Shown piece after piece: positions 8,469-18,482 of a stretch of 64,000 nt of DNA. The position numbers and the translations under genes were made by a program. Below the pieces are notes generated by a model that did not search any database, was not told the origin of the DNA, and worked only from the letters and a program-made list of their open reading frames with translations. The DNA is taken from sequence record SRR22947727_398. One strand, given 5' to 3'. Positions within the stretch are counted from its first letter, which is position 1; every line of letters begins with the position of its first letter.

Positions 8469-11204
8469 CTAATATAACCCATCATCAAGTATTTCATCAA
8501 CCTCTTTAGAATTGAGCTCTGTGTTTTCTATCGTAGAGTCTAAAGCTCTTGGTTCTTCTTCATTTTTTCCTTCGCCAAAGTCAAAATCAAATAAACTTCC
8601 AGAATCCTGTTTACTGCCTCCTATTTGGATCACAGAATTTAAAGCACCTACTTTAGGTTCAGTTCCAGGTCTAAAAGCCTCTAAAATAACATCTTCAGCT
8701 CCAATATAAGAAGGCTCACCTGTTGTTCTATTAACAGGTGAAAGTTTAACATTTTTAGGAATTCTGAAAGGAAATTTTGGCTTACCCTCAAGTGCCTCAG
8801 ACATAAAATTAGTGAAAATCGGACTTGCTGCAGAAGACCCAGATTCACTTCCCATTTGCTCAGGTATATCCATACCAATATAAACGCCTGCTACAAGATT
8901 TGGAGAAAACCCGATAAACCAGGCATCGTAGGAGTCATTTGTTGTTCCAGTCTTACCTGCCATAGGCCTTCGTAGCGAACGAACTTTATAGCCTGTTCCA
9001 TTATCAACAACGCCCTTTAGCATATATGTAATTTGATAAGCAGTGATAGGGTCTATAATCACTTCTCGCTCGTCAGGCATACTTGGTGGTAATTCACCTT
9101 GATAATCTGTTTTTTTACAATCAGTGCAAACTTTATCATTACCATAAAAAATTGTTTTGCCTGTCCTATCTTGTACTCTATCTATAATAATTGGTTCTAC
9201 CTTTTTACCTCCATTCACAATAGACGAGTAAGCGATAGCTAATTTTGAAAGAGTAGTTTCGCCAGCTCCTAACGACCACGCTAATTCATTTTTAGTCTCA
9301 TCATATATACCAAATTTTTTAATGTAATTATTAACGGGAACCATACCAATATTATTAGCTAGGCGAACTGTCATGGCATTACGTGACTTTTCTAAACCCA
9401 ATCTGAGAGTACTCAATCCATAAAATCTTCCCGCGTTATAATTTGAGGGCTTATAAAACCTTTCACATTGATCTTCTTTGGCTAAGTTTTTATTGTTACC
9501 TCTGAGAGGCTTTTGTCCATCCTCATCTGTCTCTAACAATTCTAAAGTCCCAAGTCTATTTTCAACGCAGTCAGTGTCTTTTCTTTCAATAACAAATGGA
9601 GCATCTAAAACTTGGCTTGCTGGAGTGTACCCGTTATCTAATGCAGCTGCATAAACAAACGGTTTCAAAGCAGACCCCGGCTGCCGTCTAGCTTGCGTAG
9701 CTCTATTAAACTGACTTTGTTCAAAACTATATCCCCCGACTATTGCTAAAACTCTACCGCTATTTGGATCCATAGCTATCAAACCTCCATTTACTTTAGG
9801 TACTTGCTTTAAACTATAGAGTTTTTCAGTTTGTTTAGAATTTATTTTTACATTAGATAATTTACTTTGAACCAATATAAGGTCACCGGAATTAAGCACA
9901 TCGGATACTTTTTGTGGTGCTTTACCAACAGATCCTTTTTTAAGAGCTCGCTTAGCCCATTTCACTCCATCTAAATCTATTATTCCTGAAACATCAGTTT
10001 TATTATTTTTTTCGCCTTCATTAGATAAGTAATCACTTTTTTCTTCTGAAAAAACTATTTTGGCAGTATTTTTATCAACCTCCATAACTAATGCGAGGCG
10101 CCAATCACCTATATCTTTTGGTTTATCAAATTCAGATAATTTTTTTCGCCAGTCTTCAAAATTATTTAAATTACCTAAAGGTCCGCGATAACCTTGGCGC
10201 ATGTCAACTTCTTCAAGACCCTTACGGAGTGCTCTTCTTGCAGCTAACTGCAAGCGTGTATCTAATGTTGTACGAATTGAAAGACCACCGCCATATAATT
10301 CGTCATTGCCATACATTCTTTTAATTTGCTTTCGAGCCTCCTCCACAAAATACTCAGAGGCTAGATATTCATCCCCTACAAATCGATCAACGACAACAAT
10401 ATCACTTTCCATAGCTTCAGATACAGATAGTTCATTTGCGTAACCATCTTCAAGCATTCGCGTGAGAACATAATTACGTCTACTTAAAGCTCTTGCTTTT
10501 TTAGTAGGGTTAGTAACTTGATAATTATTTGGGGCTTTAGGTAAAACTGCTAAATAAGCAATTTCATTTAAAGACAACTCTTTCATTGGTTTACCAAAGT
10601 AATTCAATGATGCTGCAGCAACACCATAGGCTCCGCGACCAAAATAGATGTCATTTAGATATAATTCTAATATTAAATCTTTACTGAGTGCCTTCTCAAT
10701 AAGACCCGAAATTACAACCTCTCGGATTTTTCGTGTTATATTTCTTTCATTACCCACTAAGAAATTTTTGGCGACTTGCTGAGTAATAGTTGAACCACCC
10801 TCTAGTCTTTCATTTTTTAATATATGGCTGACGTTTGCTAGCATAGCCCTTGCAAAGCCTTTCTCATCAAATCCATCATGACTATAAAATCTTTTATCCT
10901 CTGCTGCGACAAATGCAGATTGCAGCTGTTTAGGTATTGAAGCTATAGGAACAAAAATTCGTGCCTCTGTTCTAAATTCTGAAATCAATTTTCCATCACC
11001 AGCATGCACCCGAGACATAACAGGTGGTTTATAGTTAGCTAGGCTTTCAATACTAGGCATGTCTTTTGTGGCTTTTGCAACAAACACAAATATAGCAATT
11101 GCTGTAAATGCAATCAAACCTCCAAATCCTATAACTAGGAATTTAAAAACCGTCTTAAAAATTGGTTTTTCACTTTTTTTTGATATGAGGTTTGTGTTGC
11201 TCAT
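8469..11204 (-). CDS. mrcA: penicillin-binding protein 1A
   Basis: Transglycosylase motifs EDKRFY, GGSTITQQVAKN and RKIRE; transpeptidase motifs SALK, SRN and KTG. Confidence 0.95.
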   Translation of the reverse strand: MSNTNLISKKSEKPIFKTVFKFLVIGFGGLIAFTAIAIFVFVAKATKDMPSIESLANYKPPVMSRVHAGDGKLISEFRTEARIFVPIASIPKQLQSAFVAAEDKRFYSHDGFDEKGFARAMLANVSHILKNERLEGGSTITQQVAKNFLVGNERNITRKIREVVISGLIEKALSKDLILELYLNDIYFGRGAYGVAAASLNYFGKPMKELSLNEIAYLAVLPKAPNNYQVTNPTKKARALSRRNYVLTRMLEDGYANELSVSEAMESDIVVVDRFVGDEYLASEYFVEEARKQIKRMYGNDELYGGGLSIRTTLDTRLQLAARRALRKGLEEVDMRQGYRGPLGNLNNFEDWRKKLSEFDKPKDIGDWRLALVMEVDKNTAKIVFSEEKSDYLSNEGEKNNKTDVSGIIDLDGVKWAKRALKKGSVGKAPQKVSDVLNSGDLILVQSKLSNVKINSKQTEKLYSLKQVPKVNGGLIAMDPNSGRVLAIVGGYSFEQSQFNRATQARRQPGSALKPFVYAAALDNGYTPASQVLDAPFVIERKDTDCVENRLGTLELLETDEDGQKPLRGNNKNLAKEDQCERFYKPSNYNAGRFYGLSTLRLGLEKSRNAMTVRLANNIGMVPVNNYIKKFGIYDETKNELAWSLGAGETTLSKLAIAYSSIVNGGKKVEPIIIDRVQDRTGKTIFYGNDKVCTDCKKTDYQGELPPSMPDEREVIIDPITAYQITYMLKGVVDNGTGYKVRSLRRPMAGKTGTTNDSYDAWFIGFSPNLVAGVYIGMDIPEQMGSESGSSAASPIFTNFMSEALEGKPKFPFRIPKNVKLSPVNRTTGEPSYIGAEDVILEAFRPGTEPKVGALNSVIQIGGSKQDSGSLFDFDFGEGKNEEEPRALDSTIENTELNSKEVDEILDDGLY

Positions 11205-11275
11205 CAGATAAATTATTAAAACTCTCTAGCGTTATTTATTAAAAATAGATTGATGCGTTATAATAATGAAATTAT

Positions 11276-12391
11276 TTACTCATCAAAGTACTTATTGACC
11301 GAACGAACAACTGACTTCAAGACTTTCTTTCTGTGTACTCCCGAGTTTAAAAGTTTTTCATCATGAATATTAGACAAAAAACCCATCTCTAGTAATACTG
11401 CTGGTACATCTGGAGCTAAAAGTACATAATAACCTGCTCTTCTGTGTGAGTTTCCTATTAACCGCGTTGTTAATTTAAGCTCTGCCAAGAGTATATCTGC
11501 AAATTTTTCTGATTGGTTTGATGTATTTCTTTGTGCAAGCTCAACGAGTATATCACTAACAGATTCAGTTTGCGCTGCTAGATCAACATCTAAAATCCAA
11601 TTCTGAGAATTAACCAATCGTTTAGATCTACTTTTCGCTCGATCAGCCAAAGTGTAAACTGATGCACCTCTAGCTGATTTATTTGACGTAGAGTCTGCAT
11701 GAATAGAAATAAATAAATCAGCGCCTTTTTCTCTAGCTATCCTTATACGTTTTTCATGATCGATATATTCGTCATTTGAACGAGTTAGCATTACTTGATA
11801 CTTTCCTTCTTCTAACAAAAGATTTTTTAACTCCTTGGATGTTTTGGTGGTTATAAACTTTTCAAATGTTCCATTACTACCAACAGCACCAGGATCACGG
11901 CCACCATGACCAGGATCGATTACTATAATTGGCTTTATAACTGATTTTTTTGAAAAAGGAGCGATTCTTGGCTTAGGTATATCCGAATTTAAAAAATTAA
12001 TATCTTTTGTTTTAGCTTTTTGGTCGAAGGTAATAAAAATTGTATTATTTATTACCTCATTTGACAGCATCTGAGCTAAGGGTAGCAAATCCAGAACGAT
12101 ACGAAGACCATTTTCTCTATTTGCCAATCTTATTTGAGCAATATCGCTATATCCATTTATAATCTTTGGAGTAGATGATAAGCCTTTTTTATCATTTAAA
12201 AGAACAGCGTTAGGTAAATCGATAACAATTCTAGGCTTTCCATCTAAAAGAGTAAAAATATTTGGAGAAACTTTCTCAGTAAATTCTAAAGATAAAATAT
12301 TACCATCATAGGTTATGTTATCCAACGTTGTCGCAAATATTTGACAAGTTTGCGACAACCAAAATATAAAAATTAAATAAAACTTTATCAT
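11276..12391 (-). CDS. amiC: N-acetylmuramoyl-L-alanine amidase (AMIN + Amidase_3)
   Basis: PRIVIDL AMIN motif, IDPGHGGRDPGA, SIHAD, LLEMGFLSN. Confidence 0.92.
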   Translation of the reverse strand: MIKFYLIFIFWLSQTCQIFATTLDNITYDGNILSLEFTEKVSPNIFTLLDGKPRIVIDLPNAVLLNDKKGLSSTPKIINGYSDIAQIRLANRENGLRIVLDLLPLAQMLSNEVINNTIFITFDQKAKTKDINFLNSDIPKPRIAPFSKKSVIKPIIVIDPGHGGRDPGAVGSNGTFEKFITTKTSKELKNLLLEEGKYQVMLTRSNDEYIDHEKRIRIAREKGADLFISIHADSTSNKSARGASVYTLADRAKSRSKRLVNSQNWILDVDLAAQTESVSDILVELAQRNTSNQSEKFADILLAELKLTTRLIGNSHRRAGYYVLLAPDVPAVLLEMGFLSNIHDEKLLNSGVHRKKVLKSVVRSVNKYFDE

Positions 12392-12731
12392 ATTTTATAA
12401 AATAAACACTCTAAATGAATATATTATTACTTTTTAATCAAAAAGTTTACTCATAAAAGCTTTGCGAAAATTTAAAATATAGGGCAATAAGAAAATAATG
12501 GAATCTATACGGTATATCAATGCTGACATATATCCATTTAATTAGCGTGCTAAAAAGCACAAAAGAAAGTTATCATGCAAATATCGCCTCCTCATCCAAA
12601 AATTAAAATAAGCGATGCCGTAAGAGATATTTGTGATTTATATAAAAGTATTTACAGAAATTTATCTGAGCACCTCCTATTTGTTCATAAAACAATTCAT
12701 TTAACGGAGATGAAGCTCATTGGAGAATATA

Positions 12732-15185
12732 ATGGAAAAGAAAATGTTAATCGACGCTTCCCACCCGGAAGAAACACGCGTCGTAATTGTGGATGGCAAC
12801 CGAGTTGAAGAATTAGACTTTGAAAGTAGTAATAAATTACAAATCAGGGGTAATGTCTATCTAGCAAGAGTAAGTCGAGTTGAACCTTCTCTTCAAGCAG
12901 CCTTTGTGGAATATGGAGGAAATAAATCAGGATTTTTGGCGTTAAGTGAAATTCATCCTGACTACTACCAAATACCGCATGAAGATAAAGTAGCACTATT
13001 AGAGTCAGAAGCAGCTGAACAAGAATCAGAAAATCTGGCGGATGAGGATAATGAAGAATTAGATGAAACCCTTACTGACAAAAATATTGACCCTGATTTA
13101 GATGACATTTCTGATGAAAATGATGAAGAAGTCGCTATTGAACAGGTCAAAGTAGCTCATTCAAGGCGAAAAAGGCAATCAAGACGGCGTTATAAAATTC
13201 AAGAGGTAATTAAACGTGGTCAGATATTACTAATACAAGCAGTTAAAGAAGAACGCGGAAATAAAGGTGCTGCTATGACGACCTACCTCTCACTCGCAGG
13301 TAGATATTGCGTTTTAATGCCAAATACAGCCCGCGGTGGTGGAATATCCCGAAAGATTTCAACAAGTACTGATAGAAAAAGACTCAAAGCTATAATGAAT
13401 GAACTCGAAGTACCAAAAGGTATGGGTGTAATAGTTCGAACAGCCGGTGCAAAACGTACAAAAGCTGAAATAAAAAGAGACTTTGAGTATCTATCACGTC
13501 TATGGAGCGAAATTCGAGATACTACACTTAAATCAATAGCTCCTTCCTTAATTCATGAAGAAGGAAATTTAGTTAAACGTTCAATCAGAGATATGTACAA
13601 CAAGGATATAGAAGAAGTATTAATTCAAGGTGAAAGCGCTTATAAAACTGCAAGGGCATTTATGAAAATGCTCATGCCAAGTCATGCTAAAAATGTAAAA
13701 TCTTACAAAGATAAAATACCCTTATTTCTGAGATACAATGTTGAGAAACAAATTGAAAATAGTCTCAAATCAATAGTTCAGTTAAAATCAGGCGGTTACC
13801 TAGTAATCCACCCAACTGAAGCTCTCGTTTCTGTAGATGTAAATTCAGGCAGGTCGACCAAAGAACGAAATGTAGAACGCACGGCACTCAAAACAAATAT
13901 AGAAGCAGCTGAGGAAGTTGCACGTCAAATGCGCCTAAGGGATCTGGCAGGATTGATCGTTATTGATTTTATAGACATGGATGAACATAAGAATAATCGA
14001 GCGGTAGAGCGTACTATGAAAAATGCATTAACGCGCGATAGAGCTAGAATACAAACATCGAGAATATCACAATTTGGACTCATGGAAATATCAAGGCAGA
14101 GAAAGCGCAGGAGCTTACTAGAAGGCTCCACCGCTCACTGTGAGCATTGTGAAGGTGTAGGTAGAAAAAGGTCGATAGAGTCTTCTGCACTAACAGCCAT
14201 TAGAGCTGTCGAAGAGTATGGAATACGGGGTAAAGCTAAACGAATTCTTTTAAAAGTTAGCACTGATGTTGCCTTATATCTTTTTAATGAAAAAAGAGAA
14301 CTTTTACAGCGAATAGATAAGCAATCAGGTCTTTTTACAGAGCTAGTTGGTGATGATAAGCTTATGCGTCCTCAATACGAAATTGAGTTATTAGAAAAAT
14401 CTTCAAGTAAAATTTCGGACCCTTTAGAAATTATAGAAAAAGAGTTTCTTAAAAAGAAAAGTAGTAAAACTAAAAAACCAACAGGCAAATCTGATGATGA
14501 TGAAAACATAAATAGCATTAGCTCTAATAAAGATCAGGATCAAGAGACTGACGTTAAAAAGAAAAGAAAAAGAAGAAGAGGAAAGAAAGACAACCATAAT
14601 CAGTCTCAAGAAGAAATAGTTGCAAACTCCAACTTCATACCGGAAGAACCAGTAACGCAACCAGAAACCCAAATAAAACAACCACCAAGTAATATTAATA
14701 ACTCAGAACCTGTAGAGAAAAAAGTTCGTTCTGGCCGTAGAAAAGCTCCAAAAAGAAAAGAGGACAGCACGCAATTAAATTCTGACAATAAAATTAACAC
14801 GAAAATAGAGAAAGATAAAAAAAAGGAAGTTAAAGTAGAAAAAAATAAAGCAAATACTGGTCGAAGAAAAGCACCAACTAAGAAGAAAAAAGACAAAGAA
14901 CTTGATGTTCCTTCTTCGTCGAAAAACAGTAATCTTGGAACTCAAAAACCTGCAGTAAAAAAAACTAAAGGCGAAACTGTAAAAACTATAACAAAAATGA
15001 AATCAAAAACTCCAGCGCGGCGTAAAGCACCAGGGAAACCTTCAAAACAGAAAGCAGAAAAGCCAGCTAAAGTTACTAACCACAAAAAAACAACCTTAAA
15101 GGAGAAAAAGAAATCAAAGGAAACAATCAAAGAGACTGAAAAAAAACCAAAGGCAAATTGGTTTGGCATTAAAAAGAAAGAATAA
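12732..15185 (+). CDS. rne: ribonuclease E
   Basis: MLIDASHPEETRV, S1 domain, DVNSG, IDFIDM, Zn-link CEHCEG, long K/R-rich disordered C-terminus; start set at ATG 12732 after GGAG. Confidence 0.97.
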   Translation: MEKKMLIDASHPEETRVVIVDGNRVEELDFESSNKLQIRGNVYLARVSRVEPSLQAAFVEYGGNKSGFLALSEIHPDYYQIPHEDKVALLESEAAEQESENLADEDNEELDETLTDKNIDPDLDDISDENDEEVAIEQVKVAHSRRKRQSRRRYKIQEVIKRGQILLIQAVKEERGNKGAAMTTYLSLAGRYCVLMPNTARGGGISRKISTSTDRKRLKAIMNELEVPKGMGVIVRTAGAKRTKAEIKRDFEYLSRLWSEIRDTTLKSIAPSLIHEEGNLVKRSIRDMYNKDIEEVLIQGESAYKTARAFMKMLMPSHAKNVKSYKDKIPLFLRYNVEKQIENSLKSIVQLKSGGYLVIHPTEALVSVDVNSGRSTKERNVERTALKTNIEAAEEVARQMRLRDLAGLIVIDFIDMDEHKNNRAVERTMKNALTRDRARIQTSRISQFGLMEISRQRKRRSLLEGSTAHCEHCEGVGRKRSIESSALTAIRAVEEYGIRGKAKRILLKVSTDVALYLFNEKRELLQRIDKQSGLFTELVGDDKLMRPQYEIELLEKSSSKISDPLEIIEKEFLKKKSSKTKKPTGKSDDDENINSISSNKDQDQETDVKKKRKRRRGKKDNHNQSQEEIVANSNFIPEEPVTQPETQIKQPPSNINNSEPVEKKVRSGRRKAPKRKEDSTQLNSDNKINTKIEKDKKKEVKVEKNKANTGRRKAPTKKKKDKELDVPSSSKNSNLGTQKPAVKKTKGETVKTITKMKSKTPARRKAPGKPSKQKAEKPAKVTNHKKTTLKEKKKSKETIKETEKKPKANWFGIKKKE

Positions 15186-15261
15186 AGATGAAGCGATTAA
15201 GCTCAACAATTAAATCCAAAACCCCGTACTGAATATTAGTGGAATGAGTTATTATAAGTAA

Positions 15262-15292
15262 GTGGTTAAACTTATAAAGTTTAACTGCCTTT
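15262..15292 (+). terminator. possible terminator hairpin downstream of rne
   Basis: GTTAAACTT-ATA-AAGTTTAAC stem, extendable by G-U pairs, followed by only a short T run. Confidence 0.35.
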
Positions 15293-15297
15293 GCCTC

Positions 15298-15332
15298 TTG
15301 CATCCACCTCACTTTTACCATAAACAGCGCGC
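15298..15332 (+). promoter_or_regulatory. putative sigma70 promoter of rplY-pth-ychF
   Basis: TTGCAT-N17-TAAACA followed by a GC-rich discriminator GCGCGC. Confidence 0.5.
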
Positions 15333-15411
15333 GATATAGTAATAAAAAGCTTCTCTTTAAGAGTACAATAAATAGTCTGATAAGATTTAAGAGATTAAAA
15401 AGGTAAAATCA

Positions 15412-16056
15412 ATGAGTGTTGTTCTTGACATAACTGTTCGCGATAAAACAGGTACAGGAAAATCGCGTGAAACCCGCAATAATGGTATGATACCTGGCAT
15501 AGTTTATGGAGGTGATGAAGCTCCTATTTCCATTGCAGTCAAACATAATGAAGTGTTAAAAGCTATAAATTCAGGTCAGTTTATATCAAGCATGATCGAG
15601 CTTTCACACGAAGGTGACAAACATAAAGTTATCACTAAGGATATCCAATTCCACCCTGTTACAGATATGCCACTACATATTGATTTCTACAGAGTGACTT
15701 CAAAATCTGAAATCGAAGTAGAAGTTTCCGTTAACTTTATTGGGGAAGAGAATTCTCCAGGTCTAAAACAAGGTGGCGCACTCAACGTAGTTAGGTATGC
15801 TGTTGAAGTAAAATGTCCAGCAGGAAATATACCAGACAATATAGAAGTTGATATTTCTGCTATGGAAATAGGTGACGCAATTCATATATCGGATGTGGAG
15901 CTACCAAAAGGTGTAGTGCCATCAATATCAGATCGAGACTTTACTATTGCTACTATAGTTAACTCACGTACATCTAAAACCGATGAGGAAGAAGAAGTTG
16001 ATGCAGGTGAAGAGCCAGAAACTGAGGAAACAGCTGAAACTGACAACGAAAGCTAG
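15412..16056 (+). CDS. rplY: 50S ribosomal protein L25/Ctc
   Basis: IPGIVYGG, DIQFHPVTDMPLHIDFYRV, Ctc C-terminal domain. Confidence 0.96.
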   Translation: MSVVLDITVRDKTGTGKSRETRNNGMIPGIVYGGDEAPISIAVKHNEVLKAINSGQFISSMIELSHEGDKHKVITKDIQFHPVTDMPLHIDFYRVTSKSEIEVEVSVNFIGEENSPGLKQGGALNVVRYAVEVKCPAGNIPDNIEVDISAMEIGDAIHISDVELPKGVVPSISDRDFTIATIVNSRTSKTDEEEEVDAGEEPETEETAETDNES

Positions 16057-16114
16057 TATCTTGATATCCTGGCTTCGTGGGCTTTTAGAAAAACCAAAGC
16101 GAGCGGAGCATAAA

Positions 16115-16684
16115 ATGCGGTTAATTGTAGGGCTTGGCAATCCAGGAGAAGTTTATCAGTATAACAGGCACAATATAGGTTTCATGGTAATTGATAGCTT
16201 GGTAGATAAATACGACTTATCACCCGCAAAAAGTCAGTTTAACGGCCTAGTATACACTGGAAGAATTAACGATAATAAAGTTATATTGCTAAAACCTTCA
16301 ACATTTATGAATAATTCAGGCAGGTCTGTAAGAGCCGCAATGAACTTTTATAAAATATCTATAGATAATATTATAGTTTTTCATGACGAATTAGACCTTG
16401 TTCCGGGAAAGGTTAGAGTAAAGACAGGAGGAGGCATTTCTGGTCATAACGGACTTCGCTCCATCAGAGATAATTGCGGTGCAGAGTTTAAAAGAATTCG
16501 TTTAGGAATTGGGCACCCAGGTCATAAAGACCGAGTTCATAAATATGTGCTAAGTAATTTTAATAAATCAGAAGAAGATCTTAAAAATAGTATTTGTTTT
16601 GGGGCTGCTAAATATACAGATCTACTTATAGGTAACGAATTTGAATTGTTTCAAACACGTATCAATGAGTATATAAAGGGCTGA
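16115..16684 (+). CDS. pth: peptidyl-tRNA hydrolase
   Basis: LIVGLGNPG, RHNIGF, FMNNSG, HDELD, GHNGLRS; start ATG 16115 after GGAG. Confidence 0.96.
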   Translation: MRLIVGLGNPGEVYQYNRHNIGFMVIDSLVDKYDLSPAKSQFNGLVYTGRINDNKVILLKPSTFMNNSGRSVRAAMNFYKISIDNIIVFHDELDLVPGKVRVKTGGGISGHNGLRSIRDNCGAEFKRIRLGIGHPGHKDRVHKYVLSNFNKSEEDLKNSICFGAAKYTDLLIGNEFELFQTRINEYIKG

Positions 16685-16687
16685 GAG

Positions 16688-17785
16688 ATGGGTTTTAAAT
16701 GTGGTATTGTTGGACTTCCAAATGTAGGAAAATCAACCCTCTTTAATGCACTAACAAAAACAGCCAATGCACAAGCAGCTAATTATCCATTTTGCACAAT
16801 TGAACCTAACATTGGGGATGTTGCGGTTCCAGAATCACGCCTAGAGATAATAGCAAAAATAGGTAAATCAGCAGAAATTATACCCGCTAGAATGAATTTC
16901 GTAGATATAGCAGGCTTAGTCAAAGGGGCCTCTAAAGGTGAAGGCATGGGAAATCAATTCCTTGCAAATATTAGAGAAACAGATGCTATAATATATGTTT
17001 TAAGGTGCTTCGATGATGACGACATAACTCATGTGGATGGAAAAATAGATCCTATTTCAGATTACGAAACAATAGAAACAGAACTCATGCTAGCCGATCT
17101 CGAAAGTCTTGAGAAGAGAAGAGGTGGTCTTGAAAAAAAAGTAAAACAAAATGATAAAGAGGCTATTTTAACTCTACAATTAATTGAAACTGCGATTAGT
17201 TTTTTAGAAAAAGGACAGCCAGCACGTAATGCAATAATAGACGAAAAAGACACTAAAGCATGGAGAATGCTACAGCTTTTAACTTCAAAACCGGTTTTAT
17301 TTGTTGCAAATGTTGACGAAGAAAGTGCTGAAAATGGAAACGCATATTCTGAAAAAGTAATATCGCATGCATCAGAAATAGGTGCTAAAGTAGTAATTAT
17401 TTCTGCCCAAATTGAATCTGAGATGTCTTTATTAGACCCTGATGAACAAAAAGATTACTTAAATTCTATTGGACTAAAAGAACCTGGGTTAAACCGCCTA
17501 ATAAAATCAGGGTATTCACTTCTAGGACTAAAAACTTATTTTACTGTAGGTCCAAAAGAAGCTAGGGCTTGGACTTTTTATAAAGGGTGGAGCGCTCCAA
17601 AATGTGCTGGTGTTATTCATGGTGACTTTGAAAAAGGATTTATCAAAGCTGAAACCACAGCTTTCAAAGATTATGTTGATAACAATGGCGAGCAAGGGGC
17701 AAAAGAAGCAGGAAAGGTTAGGCAAGAAGGAAAAGATTACATCGTCAAAGATGGGGACATAATTCTCTTTAAGTTTAATGTATAG
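16688..17785 (+). CDS. ychF: redox-regulated ATPase YchF
   Basis: GIVGLPNVGKSTLFN, NYPFCTIEPN, DIAGLV, TGS domain. Confidence 0.98.
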   Translation: MGFKCGIVGLPNVGKSTLFNALTKTANAQAANYPFCTIEPNIGDVAVPESRLEIIAKIGKSAEIIPARMNFVDIAGLVKGASKGEGMGNQFLANIRETDAIIYVLRCFDDDDITHVDGKIDPISDYETIETELMLADLESLEKRRGGLEKKVKQNDKEAILTLQLIETAISFLEKGQPARNAIIDEKDTKAWRMLQLLTSKPVLFVANVDEESAENGNAYSEKVISHASEIGAKVVIISAQIESEMSLLDPDEQKDYLNSIGLKEPGLNRLIKSGYSLLGLKTYFTVGPKEARAWTFYKGWSAPKCAGVIHGDFEKGFIKAETTAFKDYVDNNGEQGAKEAGKVRQEGKDYIVKDGDIILFKFNV

Positions 17786-17832
17786 TTTTTAAATATTAAT
17801 ACACTTTATATTTTGAGTTTATTTAAGAAACC

Positions 17833-18477
17833 TCACGAGTTCACTCTATCAGTATCTATTAAAGTATGACTTTCGATGAAAGCTTCGGCCTCCCATTCTT
17901 GAAAATCAACATCAGACATTAACTCAGAAATGTAAGTATCCGCTCTTTCAGACCTAGGTATACCGTAACTTTCAAAGCGCGTGGCAGCTGGAGTGTAAAA
18001 CGCATCAGCAATACACCAATCATTAAAAAGAAAAGGGCCATTATGCTTAGATAAGAGATCATCCCAAAGCTCCACCATTATATGGGCATCATCAAGACAT
18101 TTTTTTGGGAGCTTTGATATGGTACGACGGCGAAGATTCATAGGGGCCTCCGTCCTTAAACTTTCGAACCCTGTATGCATTAATTTAACAACGCGTTTTG
18201 CTTCAATTTTATCATTCAGATTTTTTGGCCAAAGGTTTGGGACAGCCTTCGCACAAAATTCTGAAATAGCTAAACTATCAGCGATTCTATCACCATTTAC
18301 CTCTAAAACTGGGACAGTGCCTTGGTCAGTTAAATTAAAAAGTTTTTCTTTGTATCCGTCAACATCAAGATCTATAACTTCTGTTTCAAAGGGCAATTCA
18401 GCTTTTTTTAAAACTAACCAAGGTCTAAGCGACCAAGATGAATAATTATAATTTCCTATATATAATTTAAGTGACAT
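17833..18477 (-). CDS. glutathione S-transferase family protein
   Basis: LYIGNYNYSSWSLRPWL, VPVL, DSLAISEF, ADAFYTP. Confidence 0.9.
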   Translation of the reverse strand: MSLKLYIGNYNYSSWSLRPWLVLKKAELPFETEVIDLDVDGYKEKLFNLTDQGTVPVLEVNGDRIADSLAISEFCAKAVPNLWPKNLNDKIEAKRVVKLMHTGFESLRTEAPMNLRRRTISKLPKKCLDDAHIMVELWDDLLSKHNGPFLFNDWCIADAFYTPAATRFESYGIPRSERADTYISELMSDVDFQEWEAEAFIESHTLIDTDRVNS

Positions 18478-18482
18478 AAATC

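Noticed and set aside
12575-12808. 77-aa ORF overlapping the rne start
   Set aside because: It has no RBS or recognisable motif and overlaps rne out of frame. The region is better explained as an RNA leader.
15983-16114. N-terminal extension of Pth in the ORF track
   Set aside because: It overlaps rplY out of frame, and the canonical start MRLIVGLGNPG at 16115 has its own GGAG RBS.
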